Part shown: positions 26,406 through 39,560 of the stretch, piece after piece
How the letters are laid out: every line of letters starts with the position of its first letter
Numbering within the stretch: position 1 is the stretch's first letter
DNA from: Felis catus
Lineage: Eukaryota
DNA: 64,000 bases
Reading direction: 5' to 3'
Assembly (NCBI RefSeq): GCF_018350175.1
Contig: NC_058368.1
Location: 149,732,001-149,796,000 of the forward strand
The notes under the pieces: model-generated
What the model was told of the DNA's origin: nothing
Database searches by the model: none
Seen by the model: the letters and a program-made list of their open reading frames with translations, nothing else
Program-made: the position numbers and the translations under genes

Positions 26406-27954
26406 TGAAGTGTTTTTTCTAATATCAATATTAATCTGCCAGATTTACTTTGGTTGGATTTTTTGTGTAACTATTTTCACCCATTACTCTCCATTACTTT
26501 CAAACTTCTGAGGTTATTATATTTTAGGTATGATTCTTGAAAAAAATACGTAGCTTAAACTTAGATTTTTAAAATCCAATCTGAGAATCTCCTTAACTTT
26601 CTGGTTAATATAACCCATAGTCATTTTTAAAAGTTTGATGCTGGGGAAACAAATCTCTTCAAAAGATAAAACCATCATTCAAGGTTTCTTGTGAAATAAA
26701 GACACTTTTTAGAAAAAGACTCGTTTCTACTTGCAGACCCTCTTTAAAAGAACTGCTGAAGTATGTGGGATACAAGAAGGAATGTCTGTGTGATGAAAAA
26801 AAAATTGGTAAATCTGGTTAAACACTGTAAAAAATGACCAATTTGGGGGTGCTTAAATACAATATGATCAAAGATGTTAATGGGATATCAAGCTTAAATT
26901 TTTCAAACTTGAAATTGGGGAGAATTGAATACAAATATTTGTGGAAAATATGGGCTATGGAAATAGATTTGGCAACTGGTAATAAAGAGTAGAAAACCGT
27001 GGGAGCATTTTTGGATGAAGCACTTCCCCTCATTGGACATGAATCAGACTCTAGGTAACATAGCAAAGTAGGTGAACAGCTCTCATGAAAGGACTCAAAG
27101 TATCCAATGGCTCAAACACAGTACAAATTTATTTTTCTCACACATAAACATCCTCAAAGAGCTGCAGGTTAATGTCTAGAGCTGGAAAAGAATCTGCTTT
27201 ATGCAGTCATTTATGGACCCAGGCTGAAGAAATAACTTCCACAAATAAGTTTCAGGGTCATCCTGAGCATCAACATCTAGCCGTTGAAAAGGAAAGGAGC
27301 ATATCTGAGCATGTTGTACACTTCTCAACACATCTTGAAGGCACGTGAAGCTAATAATGTCTCCAAGTTCACATCACCTGTAATGAGGCATATCAACATC
27401 GTGTGCCTCTTGCCATGATGTACTGAGATGTTGTTTATGGTAATGTTGCCAAAAATGGCTAATCTAAATGTAAACATGAGGAAACAGACAAACACAGACT
27501 GAGACACATTCTTCAGAAGTGTCTGGATTATCAAATACAAGGAAAGACTGAGGAACTCTAAGATTGGAGGAGACCAAGGAGACATGACAACTAAATGTAA
27601 TGTGTGATCAGTTGGTGACATTTAAATAAGATCTATAGATCAGTTAGTATTTTCTCAGTATTAATTTTCTGCTCTATAATTGTCCTGTGGTAAGACGTTA
27701 ATATTTGAACTAGCTAGGTAAAGTAAATACAGAAATTGCTTGTAATATGTGATAACTTCTATACTCCTGACTTTTTTTTTGTCAAAATAAGATTTAAAAA
27801 AAATAAATAAGTCAATAGTCTCATCATGTTTCCACATAGATGGACAGCTATTATAGGGGGTAAAAAGAATTGTGAAGACCACTCAGGTACCATTACACTT
27901 TTTATTTTTCATCTTATACCTAAAGTATCATTAGATTAGCTTCATCACTATAAA

Positions 27955-28179
27955 TTTATTTATTTTTAAATGTTTAATTTACTTATTTTTGCAGGAGAGA
28001 GAGAGAGAGAGAGAGAGAGCAAGGGAGGGGTAGAGAGAGAGGAAGATAGGATCTGAAGTGGGCTCGGTGCTGACAGCAGATAGCCCAACTGGGGGTCTCA
28101 AACTCACCAACAGAAAGATCATGACCTGAACCAACACCAAGAGTCGGACACTTAACCGACTGAGCCACCCAGATGCCCC
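27955..28179 (-). mobile_element. SINEC
   Basis: T tail, (AG)n and reverse head. Confidence 0.92.
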
Positions 28180-28904
28180 AATATCAACTTATTTTTAAGT
28201 AGAGTGCCCCCTACCCTTTTTGTAGTATAGAAAACATACATTTGTGCTTGAATCAGATTACAGACCCTCAAAAGGTTGGTTGTTCTTCTCCACCTTTTTC
28301 AAATCCACCCTCCCTATCCTTCCCAGCTAACTTGGATGTTTGTGGGAACTATCATGAAATCAATCAAAAGGACACTCCTTTTAAGGTCCACCAGATTCCC
28401 TTTTTTTGTGGTTGCTCCTTTTGATTTCCCTCATTTGAGACAACGAAATTCATGAAGGAAATTTCTGTGAAACAATGCAAACCATTCACATAACTTTTGG
28501 AAAGAAATACAGGGTTTTTTTTGTTTTGTTTTATATTTTTAATAATGCTAATCCCAAAGCATTATCTTAAAAATACAGTATGCTGTACTAAGAATACTAA
28601 GACAACTATGGGTTGTCTATGTATTAAAATGCTAAGTTGAAACAAAGTAGTTTTCCTGACTGATAGTCACTTTTGCTCCTGACTGTTCCATTCTTCAGAA
28701 GTCTATTGGATTCAGATTTAGAAGAGTTCGCTCTTGTTGCTGATCTGCCACTTAGTAACTATGAATTTTGGAAAACTACTTTCTTTCTATATTTATCTGT
28801 AAAATAGGGATAACAAGAACTGCTTTGCCCCACCAGGATCTTATAAGATAGAGACGAAATGCAGTATATAATAGTTTTAAATCACTATACAGATTACATT
28901 TTTA

Positions 28905-29141
28905 TTTTTTTTTAAATTTTTTTTTTAAATTTTTTTTTCAACGTTTATTTATTTGTGGGACAGAGAGAGACAGAGCATGAACGGGGGAGGGGCAGAGAGA
29001 GAGGGAGACACAGAATCCGAAACAGGCTCCAGGCTCTGAGCCATCAGCCCAGAGCCTGACGCGGGGCTCGAACTCCCGGACCGCGAGATCGTGACCTGGC
29101 TGAAGTCGGACGCTTAACCCACTGCGCCACCCAGGCGCCCC
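28905..29141 (-). mobile_element. Young felid SINEC_Fc with a perfect 15-bp TSD
   Basis: CpG-intact (ccgcgagatcgtgacctggctgaagtcggacgc...ctgcgccacccaggcgcccc); TSD cagattacattttta at 28890-28904 and 29142-29156. Confidence 0.96.
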
Positions 29142-30423
29142 CAGATTACATTTTTACATGATCACTAATGGTCTTAGGATGAGAGTGACAAGGTCTGACC
29201 TGGGGTGTTTTCTTATTAGTGACATTACCTCATGCTCTTGGCCATGGTTGTTGAGCTTCAGGGCACTATGCCAGAGATACCTTTTTGTGTTTTCATTTCG
29301 TTCCTGGTTTCCTGCTAGTTTTTTTTTTTACTTTTGTTTTTAATGTAAAACTTCATGCTTTAGCAAATGCATTTCAGTTTATTGTGATTTTTATTTTTTA
29401 TACAACAGAGCTTGGTTATTTATAAATCCATTTTAAATTTGTAAATTAATTCATTTCAAAATGATTAATTTAAGAGACGTAGAAATGCTCAAAAGGTGCT
29501 TTTTCCTATGCATAAATAAATACGTAAATAAATGGAAAGTCATTGCTGTACCTTAGTTATTAAAAAGTGGTTTTTTTGACAAAATTTTATTATTACAAAG
29601 AAAAAACATAATGAAGGAAACAGCTAAATCTCGTCATGTGATCAATGGTAATGAATAACAATGTGTATATAAATCCAATGATTATAATGTAATGAAAAAA
29701 TACATGGAAAACATTAAGTTTTCCATGCTCACATATGTTCCTTTATTTTCAGATCACTGCTGCAGAGTTACGGGTTTACTCAGACTTTCCCTAGGAAATA
29801 GTCACCATCTGCTTGATTAGTCTGTTTCCTTGGTATCCTGCCCATTCTAGCTATTTAAGTTTCTTCTCTATTTCAAGAAATGCACTCATTAGGATGGTCA
29901 CATCTGTTATCATTCGAAAAGAAATACACATACTCATAAAACATAGAATAGAACCTTGATATTTTATTAGCTATAAACAGGAAAAGTCTCCTTTCAACTA
30001 CCTTACCCTTAAATGCTAATAAAAGATGGCGTGATCTTTAAGGTCCTTCCCTCAAATTCCATGAATCTAAAATAAAAAAAGGTGTGCTGAAATGGTAAAA
30101 CTACAACTTATATATTTTCAATATGTGCATGTCTATAAGAAACAAAAATGCCATTTGTTAAAAATAGTTAACTGAGTACTAGAAGAGAATAATAAATATG
30201 AAACAGGTATATTAGCCTATTCTGATGACTTTCTATCTGGATATTCTCTAAAGCTCCTGAAATAATAGGATACCTTTATATTATGCATAATTTTCTGTCT
30301 AAACTTTCTAGAATATTTGCTCCACGTGGACTGGTATTTATAGGTTTGATTAGATAGATGAATAATTAGATTTTTTTTTTCTCTAATGTGTCCAAGTAAT
30401 GAGACACATAATAAATATCTCTC

Positions 30424-31033
30424 TGGGGTAGAACTCTAAGATGGCCTTCCAAGATTCCTGGTACATATATCCCCTGATATATGTATACCTTCTCCACTTA
30501 TTCAATCAAATACTAATCTGTGTATTACTATAAAAGGATTTTACAGATGTAATCAATGTCCCTAATCTGTTGACCTTAAGATAGGGGAACCATCCTGGTG
30601 GGACTGACCTGATCATATGAATCTCTTAAAACAGAGTTTTATCTGCTGATCATAGAAGAGGACAGAGAGACACATTCTGACTGGTCTAGAAGAATGTAGC
30701 ATTTGGGTGGTGGATAAGGGAACAATGGGCAGCTTCTAGGAGCTAAAAGCAGCCCCCAACTGAGAGCCAGCAAGAAAGCAAGGACCTCAGTCCTGCAGCC
30801 ACACAGAATTGAATTCTGGCAACAACTTAGATGAGCTTGGATGAGAACCTGAGTGCCAGATAAGAAGTACAGCCCCAGCCAACATGTTGTTTTTAGCTTG
30901 ATGAGACCTTGAGCAGAGAATCCAGTCGTGTCGTGCCTGGACTTCTGACCTACAGAACTGTGAGTTCATAAGTTTGTGTTATTTTAAGCTGATAAGTTTG
31001 TGATAATTTGTATAAGCAATTGAAAACTAATAT
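30424..31033 (+). mobile_element. MLT1 solo LTR (MLT1E/F/G-like)
   Basis: gaactctaagatggcc start; gacttctgacctacagaactgtgag...ttttaagctgataagtttgtgataatttg...gaaaactaata end. Confidence 0.85.
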
Positions 31034-32495
31034 ATTGCCCTATAGTAGGCATTCAGGAAGTATTTGCAGAATAAATGAATGAAATATTGATACACTATAT
31101 AGTAAGGGTAAGATAATTTTATAAAAAAGAAAAGTGTAAGACGAGATAGAGAGTGAAGCCAGCTGGAAACTATGGAACAGCTTCAGTGCCCTGATTCGCC
31201 TTCATATCGCTATCTCTCTATGTTGCTCTTGTCCCATAAGCACAATGTGTGGTGGCAGCTACTCACTCAAAGTAGTAGCTGTACTGGAGTCTGATTGTAG
31301 TTAGAGCTGTGGCCAGACAAGGCAGAATACTCACCACAAAATTCTTGTGATTTGTGAGCTAAGGTTCTGATATTTTCAATAACCACACATCTTTTATTAC
31401 ATCGATGTGACATTAATATGTCATCTTTAAATAGAAAATTAATACTAAAATTAAAATATCAATGGTGATGCAAGGAAAAGATATGTATAAAAATACATAT
31501 ATCTCCACTAATATTTACATTTAAATGAAAGAAGCTGAGAGTACATAAGTCTACAATCCTATCTCAAATCTATTTTGAATGTAGTTGAAGTATAATTTTT
31601 GTATATATTTATAGTACACGAAACAAGATTTATTTCATTCAGAATAACTATACTATTAAATGTAAGGTTGAATTTGCAATCAATACTTTGGAGTTTTACC
31701 CTATCTTCTTCTTATCAGATATGTTCTATCAAATTGGAAAAGATTCAAATAAATACGCAATCCATGCTCTCAGAAATCAGTAAAGTTTCAAAAAGATATC
31801 AACATGATAAGTTGTTAGAAAGAAAGTAATTCAGTGTTGGGTGGCTTGATGTTACATATAAAACAAGGTTATAGGATCAGGAAGGGTGAGGGGCAGGATT
31901 TTAAAAGATGATATGTAGCACTTTTTAAATATTTTGGCTTCTCTAGTATTACAGAGAAGTGATACCTGTTTGTCTAAACAGTATTTACTTATACACCAGT
32001 ACTTTTCAAAAAGGATTTGAAAGGGGAAGATAAGTCATTCACAAAGTTGAATAAACACAAATAAAAAAATGATGAAAAATAGCAAAATTGTTCATTTCAC
32101 TGTCTAATATAGTTGTTATAATTGAGCATTAAATTTAGCTCTGACTACATGTTATAAAGAAGGAGCTATACTATTAAAACAATATTGAAGAAAAAATATA
32201 AATAATCCTAAAAATTCACTGTGATCTGGCAACTCCTATGATTTCTTTCTTTTTTTAATCAAGAAGAAAGATATATTGCCCTTGGCAGATGTATTTTGGG
32301 CAACTTTACATGTAGCTTTACATGAAAATAATATAATAAATATGAAAGTATTGTGAGAAAAACTTAAAGTATCATTTAAAACACAGTATTATCAATATTG
32401 CATTTAAATATATTATGTTGTCTCGCAGTACCAGAAAGCTTACCTTTCACATGGAGGCAATCTAGCATTAAAACAATTTAAATTAAAGAAATCCT

Positions 32496-32643
32496 GGGGG
32501 CACCTGGGTGGCTCAGTGGGTTAAGTGTCTCTTGATTTTGGCTCAGGTCATGATCTCTTCATGAGATGGAGCCCCATATTGGGCTCTACACTGATAGTGA
32601 AGAATCTGATTGGGAATCTCTTTCTTCTATGGTCTCTGCCCTC

Positions 32644-32692
<49 letters not shown>

Positions 32693-32693
32693 A
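32496..32693 (+). mobile_element. SINEC with (CT)n
   Basis: Head and a long CT run; tail abuts an L1 fragment. Confidence 0.9.
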
Positions 32694-33243
32694 GATATTA
32701 TCAGAACAAAGTGAACATAAAAGCAAGAAACATTGCTAGTGACAATGAGGGAAATTTTATAACAATAAAGAGATTAATCCACCAGGAGAATACCACAATT
32801 TAAAATTTGAATGCACCTAATAAAAAGCTTTAAAATATATAAAGCAAAAAGTGATAAATCTCAAAGGAGAAATACACAAAGCTACAAGCATAATAGGGTA
32901 CTTTAATAAACTTCTCTCAAGAGTCAATAAAAATAGTAGACAAAATATCACAATGAGTGTAGAAAATTTAAGCAACACAATTAACAAACTTGAACTAACC
33001 ACCATAAATCAAGCACTACATCCAACAAGAATAGAATAGAAATTCTTTTTAAGTGCCTGTGCAACAAAAATAAATAAAAGGCACAAAGATCAAAAATAAA
33101 TAAATAAAATTGCTACTAATTGCAGATAATATGATTGTGTACATAGAATATCCAAAAAACTACATACCAAAATCAATCCCAAATGAATTGTAGAGCTAAA
33201 TGTGAAAGGTAAATTATAAAGCCTCTAGAATGAAACATAGAAG

Positions 33244-33377
33244 AATATCTTCGTGTCTTTGGAGCAAGCAAAGGCTTCTTAAATGGAACACAAAAGTGAT
33301 AAACTAAAAGGAAATAGTTTATCACTTTTGTGTTCCATTTAAGAAGCCTTTGCCTGCTCCAAAGACAAGAAGATATT
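33244..33377. repeat. Inverted repeat with 63-bp arms (61/63 identical) and an 8-nt loop
   Basis: 33244-33306 is the reverse complement of 33315-33377. Confidence 0.95.
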
Positions 33378-33385
33378 ACATATAC

Positions 33386-33437
<52 letters not shown>

Positions 33438-33622
33438 GGCCTACACTAAAAGGAAATAAACTAAAGGAAATATAAACTAAATATAAACTATATATATATA
33501 TGTATATATATGTGTATATATGTATATATATGTGTATATATATGTGTATATATACATTTCCTTTTAGTTTATATATATATATACACACACATATATTTAT
33601 GTGTGTGTATATATATATATGG

Positions 33623-33636
33623 CTTTAAAGCAGGCC

Positions 33637-33682
<46 letters not shown>

Positions 33683-33696
33683 GGCCTGCTTTAAAG
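33623..33696. repeat. Perfect 74-bp palindrome: 18-bp unique arms around (AT)19
   Basis: ctttaaagcaggccgtgt-(AT)19-acacggcctgctttaaag. Confidence 0.95.
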
Positions 33697-35191
33697 TTTA
33701 AAACTTCTATTTTTCAGAAGACACCATTAAGAAAGTAAGAAAGCAAGCCCTATAGGGTGCGAAAACATATTTGTTTACGTATTTAACAAATAACTCATAT
33801 CTGTAGTATATAAAGAACTCAGACAAGTAAAAGAAAGAAAAAATGAATGATAATCCAATACATAAGTGAACAAAAGACTTAAAAAGCCCTTCAACAAAAG
33901 AGTATATCCAAATAGCCAATAAAATATGAAGAAGGTTGGCAACTTAATGATTTGTCAAGATAATGAACATGAAAACCATAGAGAGACCCTACTCTATGTC
34001 CCTAACACTAGATTAGATTAGAAAGAGACAATATCAAGTGCTGGTGAAGATGTGGAACAACTGGAACACTTGTATGCTGCTGAGAGCGTAAACTGGGACA
34101 ACCGCTTTAGTAAACTGGCAACGACTACTAAGGCTGAATATAGGCATACCATATATTTTAGGAATTCCTAAATATATTTCTTGGCAAAACCCAAAAGAAA
34201 TATATAGATGTGTTCAACAAAAGACATGGGTAAAAATGTTCATAGGTGCACTATTTGTAATAGCTAGAAACTGGAAACAAGCCCAATGTCCATCTACAGT
34301 GGAATAAATTATTACAAATTCATACCACAGAATACTGTATGGCAATAAGAATTAATGAATTATAACTACAACAATGTAAATGAATCTCACAAACATAGTG
34401 ATGAGTAAAAGAATCCAGATATTAAAGACAATATGCTATATGAGACCGTTGACTTAGGTTGAAAACAAGTGAAAAGAATCTGGGCTGTTGGAAGTCAGGT
34501 TAGCGGTTACCAGCAGGGTAAGGGGTGTAGGAACTGGAAAGGGGTTTCTGAGTTTCTGTTAATGTTCTGTTAGTTGATCTGGTTGATGATCTCTTGGGAG
34601 TGCTCATTTTGTGAAAATCAACTGAGCAGTACAGCTATGATTTACACACACTTCTGTGCACATGTTATATGTCAGTAATACCTTATTAAAAAGTAAAATC
34701 TCACCAGCAAAAACCCTCAACATAATAGCACTTCACTGACCCATTTCTCTGTATCTGAAAATGTACATTAACTAGAAATTAACCCTTGAAAAACTTTAAG
34801 CCTATTGCTAACATTTCAAATGAAACTATATAAGCACTAAATATCCATTTGAAATTAAAAAGCATACCAGTAACCTATAGATATGTCACTCACACACACG
34901 TAGTATCACTCCTTTTTTGAGGCACCAAAGATGAGTATTTATAATTATTTAATATTTGGTCATCAGTTTGTATCTCAAGCATGTGACTAAAAATATTATT
35001 AATCAAAGTATATGATGAACAAATATTGAAGAGAAGGTTATGGTTTGTCAATGATAATTAATCTTCTAAAAAGATGTTCTAAAAATTAAAATGGTAATCA
35101 AAAAGCAGGTGAGCTAACAATTTCTGCCAAAGGTCATTAAAGTCTACAATTTGGATAATTACAGACAAGGAAATACATAAACAAGGGTGAT

Positions 35192-35737
35192 GTGTTAGTT
35201 TTCCATTGCTTCATAAAAATTACAAATGTAGCATCTTAAGAACAACACAAATTTATTATGTCAATTTCTATGTGTCAGCGGTCCAGGTACAAGTTAACCA
35301 AGTCTTGAACTCAGGCTCTCACCAGGTTGAAGTGACGGTATCAACTGGAGCTATGATCACTTCTGAAACTTTAGGGTCCTCTTTAAAGCTCACTGGTTAT
35401 TGGCAGAAATCATTTTCTTGCCCCTGAAAGACTGAATTCCTTGCTTTTTTTTTTTTTTCCTGGCTGTCCACTGGGGACTGTTTGCAACTTCTAGAGGCTG
35501 CCCGCCATTCCTGGACATGGGACCCTCTTCACAATATGGCAATTCCTCAAGACCAGAGGAGAATCTGTCCCTTTAATTGGCTTAGATGAGGTCTTATACA
35601 ATATAACTTAATCAAGGGAGTGGCTATCCCGTCATATTAATAGGTCCTGCCTATATTCAAGATGAGAGGATTCTACAGGGCTTGTACGTCAGTGAGTGGG
35701 GATTTTAAGGGTTGTTTTAGAATCCTGCTCACTACAG
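35192..35737 (-). mobile_element. MLT1 solo LTR
   Basis: tgtgttagttttccattgct...cttaagaacaacacaaatttattat...ttagaatcctgctcactaca. Confidence 0.8.
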
Positions 35738-37133
35738 GTGCACATTGGTCATATGTAAATTCCCAACATAAGGAATGTATTTAAATAATGTGAAAATCCA
35801 CTCTGTTCTTGATATGAAGATTAGAAAAAAATGTGAGAGAGATATTTAAAGAAGGAGGAAGAGGAGGAAAAATTGTGATGGTTCAGTGTTAAAAATTACA
35901 GAGATAAAACAATGTAAAAATAAAACTATGTACATTTAACATTATCATGCTAGAGTATAATATACAATTAGAAAATAGAAACCCACTTGGATTACCAATA
36001 TTTTGACTTTTTACACTAAAATAGTTCATTTTAAGAGAGAACCCATGCAAGAATGTTATTAATTTTTTCTAGTTTTTTATAAAAGGGATAACTCTAGAAA
36101 TCATTTGCCAGAAAATATGAAGAATAATATTGTAGCTAACGTATCTGTGAAACATAAGCTGTTATTGAACTTGTGTAATAACTACAAGCATTTACACACA
36201 CGTATCTTAGAGCTTAAATTGGATTCAACATTTCTAAAATAAAATGCAGCATTTTCTTCCCTAAAACTATTCTTCTTTCCTAATCTATTTTTATTTATGG
36301 CATCACCATCCTCCCAGTACTAATAATGGAAACTTCAAAGTCGTCTTCCATGCCCTTCCCTACCGTATACCTATAACAAATAGTTTCTAAGTTTAATGTC
36401 ATTCCCCTCATTCATTAAATAAACATTTACCAAGGGCCTGCTGATTTTAGGCACCATGCCAGGCACCAGAATGGCCACGATGAGTAAGTCACCAGTGGTT
36501 TTACAGTGTTTCCTGTAATTTCTATTCTCATTGCACCTGCTTTATATCAAAAGCCTAACTAGTTGCCCTGCCTCAAAACTCTCCTCATATCTAGCTCATT
36601 CTGCATACTACTGCCAAGTGAATCATTCATTCATTCTTTCCTTGACGCCCCTATTAGGAAGTGATCTAAATGCTAGGAAGACAGCAGTGCATAAGACTCC
36701 TGCTCTCAGAAGCATATTTTCTAGTGTGGGAAGAAACATACGTATATAAAAGAGTATTTCATATAATACCTTGGAGTGACAATTATCCTAGAAAGTCTTT
36801 TTCCTTACGTCATGGTCTCAATCTTCATCTGCTCTTAATGCTTAAAATATAAGTCCTTGACGTTCAGAGACTTCCTCAATGTGCTTTTCCCTCCTTTTTA
36901 CAAAGTACCCTCTTGTTAGGCTAGCCTTCTCATTTCTTCATTGTACTGCTTCCATGACCATCCCTATCTTTTTTCCCTGTCCTCTGGCTACCTTCTTTCC
37001 CTCCTACCTAATTCTACCTAGTTATTCTCACATTTGCTGTGAAGTTTTTCCTGACTAATTGAAACCAAGGGGCTTTCCCTGTTCTGAACTTCCAATGGTA
37101 TTTCTTAACTGTAACCATTGTTGTTGTTTATTT

Positions 37134-37352
37134 AAAAAAAATTTTTTTAACGTTTATTTTTGTTTTTGGGACAGAGAGAGACAGAGCATGAACGGGGGAG
37201 GGGCAGAGAGAAGGGGAGACACAGAATCGGAAACAGGCTCCAGGCTCCGAGCCATCAGCCCAGAGCCCGACGCGGGGCTCAAACCCACGGACCGCGAGAT
37301 CGCGACCTGGCTGAAGTCGGACACTTAACCGACTGCGCCACCCAGGCGCCCC
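37134..37352 (-). mobile_element. Young felid SINEC_Fc
   Basis: CpG-intact; TSD ttgttgttgtttattt at 37118-37133 and 37354-37369. Confidence 0.96.
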
Positions 37353-37999
37353 GTTGTTGTTGTTTATTTTAAAGCACATATTTTCTGGTAACACAGTCAG
37401 CTGCTTTTCTTCAAGTATGTATATGTTTCATATATCCAGCAGATTCCCAGATTTTTTAGGGGAAAAAACTGTTTATTTTGTATCTCAGCATCTTCAATAC
37501 TAGTTTCGACAAAGATATGGATAAACTTTTCCTTCTTTAGGAATTAAATTAATTTACTATTCAATATAGTGTATTTAGACAGTAGCTATTCTCAAATAAT
37601 TAAACCATTTTATATACTGGTTTTTCCTCAGAAAGGGAAGAGTACTTCATGTAAAAAAAACTATGATTACTAATACAAAAAAAATGAAAAGTCTTTGAAA
37701 AAAGTATTGATAAATTCCTATTGAAACCCTACAAACATAACAAGACAGCTGTGTCTAACCTATTTCTGTTCTCCAAAGGGCACTCTTTCTAGAGTTTTGT
37801 AATCTTTAAAGTACCAAGGCTTTGACACCACAGTCACTTATCCAATGATAACTATGTCAAGCACTAACTGTACTTCAAGCACTGTGCTGGGCATTTTATA
37901 AATATTAATCTTCAAATATTACCCTCATCCTATAATAGCCACTATCATTCCTATTTCACTTAGAAGAAGGCAGACTTTCATTACCAGCCTTATGGTAAT

Positions 38000-39560
38000 C
38001 TGTATCTGAAAAACCTCCCAAAAAGTACACACAAAAATACAGGTAAAATATAACAAACATCCTTTAAATGCATAGCTGAGCTTACAAGAAAGTAAAGGAG
38101 ATCCTCAGAGATCAAATGTGGAGAAAAACTAAAAATTAGAGCTACAAGTTGTCTTAGGGTTGGGGCATGCGAGGTATTCTCATTTATTATAAGCATAGAC
38201 ATATGGGGAGGCAAGGTTTGGACGAGATGAGATGGGGGTTTAGAACTGAGACCCTTGGTAAGTAAGCAGATGGTCTTACTGCAATGGAGCAAAAGGGTGA
38301 AGTAGAAAAATAAATAAATAAATAACCCTGTAACACCAAAGACAGAAAAAGCTTGTCCTCACTCTGCATTCTGGGTCAGAAAACAAAGTCTTCTCAGAAT
38401 TTACTTTAGGACAACATTCAGTTTTGAGATTAGAATTTATTCTCTCTCTAGGGTCTGGAAACTTTTAAGCCAAGAAATTTCCAGCCTCAGTGCCAACTCC
38501 TTGCCTCTTATTCCACTGAGGCCTAATCTTTCTCCCTGTTGTCCATTAATATCAAAGCCAATAATACTCATGAGAAGAATTGCAGACGAAAACACCAAAT
38601 CAGCCTATAAAATAATTCCCTTTACCCTTGGTAATATTTTTTTTCTGTGAAATCTAGTTTTCTACTATTAATATAGCCACTCCAACTTTCTTATGGTTAG
38701 TGTTGGCATGGTATATCATTTTCTATCCTTTTATCTTTATGTTTTATAATTAAAATGTGTTTTTTGTACATAGTATATAGTTAGGTCTTACTTTTTTGTC
38801 CAATATGTTAACCTTTGCCTTTTAAATGGTATGTTAGATGTGAGGACACCCTCTACAGTTCTCTGAAATTCTCTTCCTCTGCAGCTCTTCTCCTGAACAT
38901 TCTGATTTGTAATCTCTAGCTTTCTTGGCTTTCCACTTTCCCAATTCCATCTTTTCACCTCAATAAAACTGCTGAGCTTTTCTGGGTGCCCTTTCCCCAG
39001 AAACCCTCTTAATCATGGAACTTACCTCATTTAATTCCCATCTCTGGGAGACCATTGTCTTTGTTGCTTAATGTCTTTAATAACTGTCTTCAATAACATT
39101 TAATAATAAATGTCTTTAATAACTGTTGTTTTATATCTTTTGTCCAGAATTTTAGTTGTTTCAGGCAAGAGGGTAAATACAGTCCCTGTTACTCCATCTT
39201 GCCTAGAGGTAAAAGTACAAACCATTCTAGAAGGACATCATGCAGGATTCCCACAAATAAAGCTCTGATTTAAATGCACTCACAATCCAAAATTACGAAA
39301 CACATGAGAAAATCATCCATCAAGAGTTAGAGTCAACAAACACAACAAACAGCATTCTTAGACCCCAAGAACTTTAGATAGTAGAATTATTAGATATTGA
39401 CTATAACAAAGTATGTTCAAATATTCAAGAAAAAAAAAAAACTTAGAAAAACAAATGACATTCTCAAACAGTTCCAGGCAATTTCGAAAAAAATACCAAA
39501 TGGAACTTCTAGAACTAAAAAATATCATCATTGAACTTAAATATATAAAAAATAGAAACC
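38000..39560. mobile_element. Mixed-orientation old L1 fragments
   Basis: Antisense EN fragment (ttaatatagccactccaactttcttatggttagtgttggcatggtatatc) plus L1M 5'/ORF1-like pieces. Confidence 0.55.

Larger units (their letters stand above)
32694..34695 (+). mobile_element. Old L1 (L1M/L1ME) remnant: ORF2 endonuclease, RT and C-terminal fragments and 3' UTR
   Basis: Peptide remnants SDNEGNFITIKRLIHQENTTI (EN) and IADNMIVYIE (RT FADD region); downstream caagtgctggtgaagatgtggaacaactggaac and ccaatgtccatctacagtgga. Confidence 0.85.

Noticed and set aside
39069..39127. Short direct duplication aatgtctttaataactgt
   Set aside because: Ordinary local slippage duplication inside an old L1 fragment.
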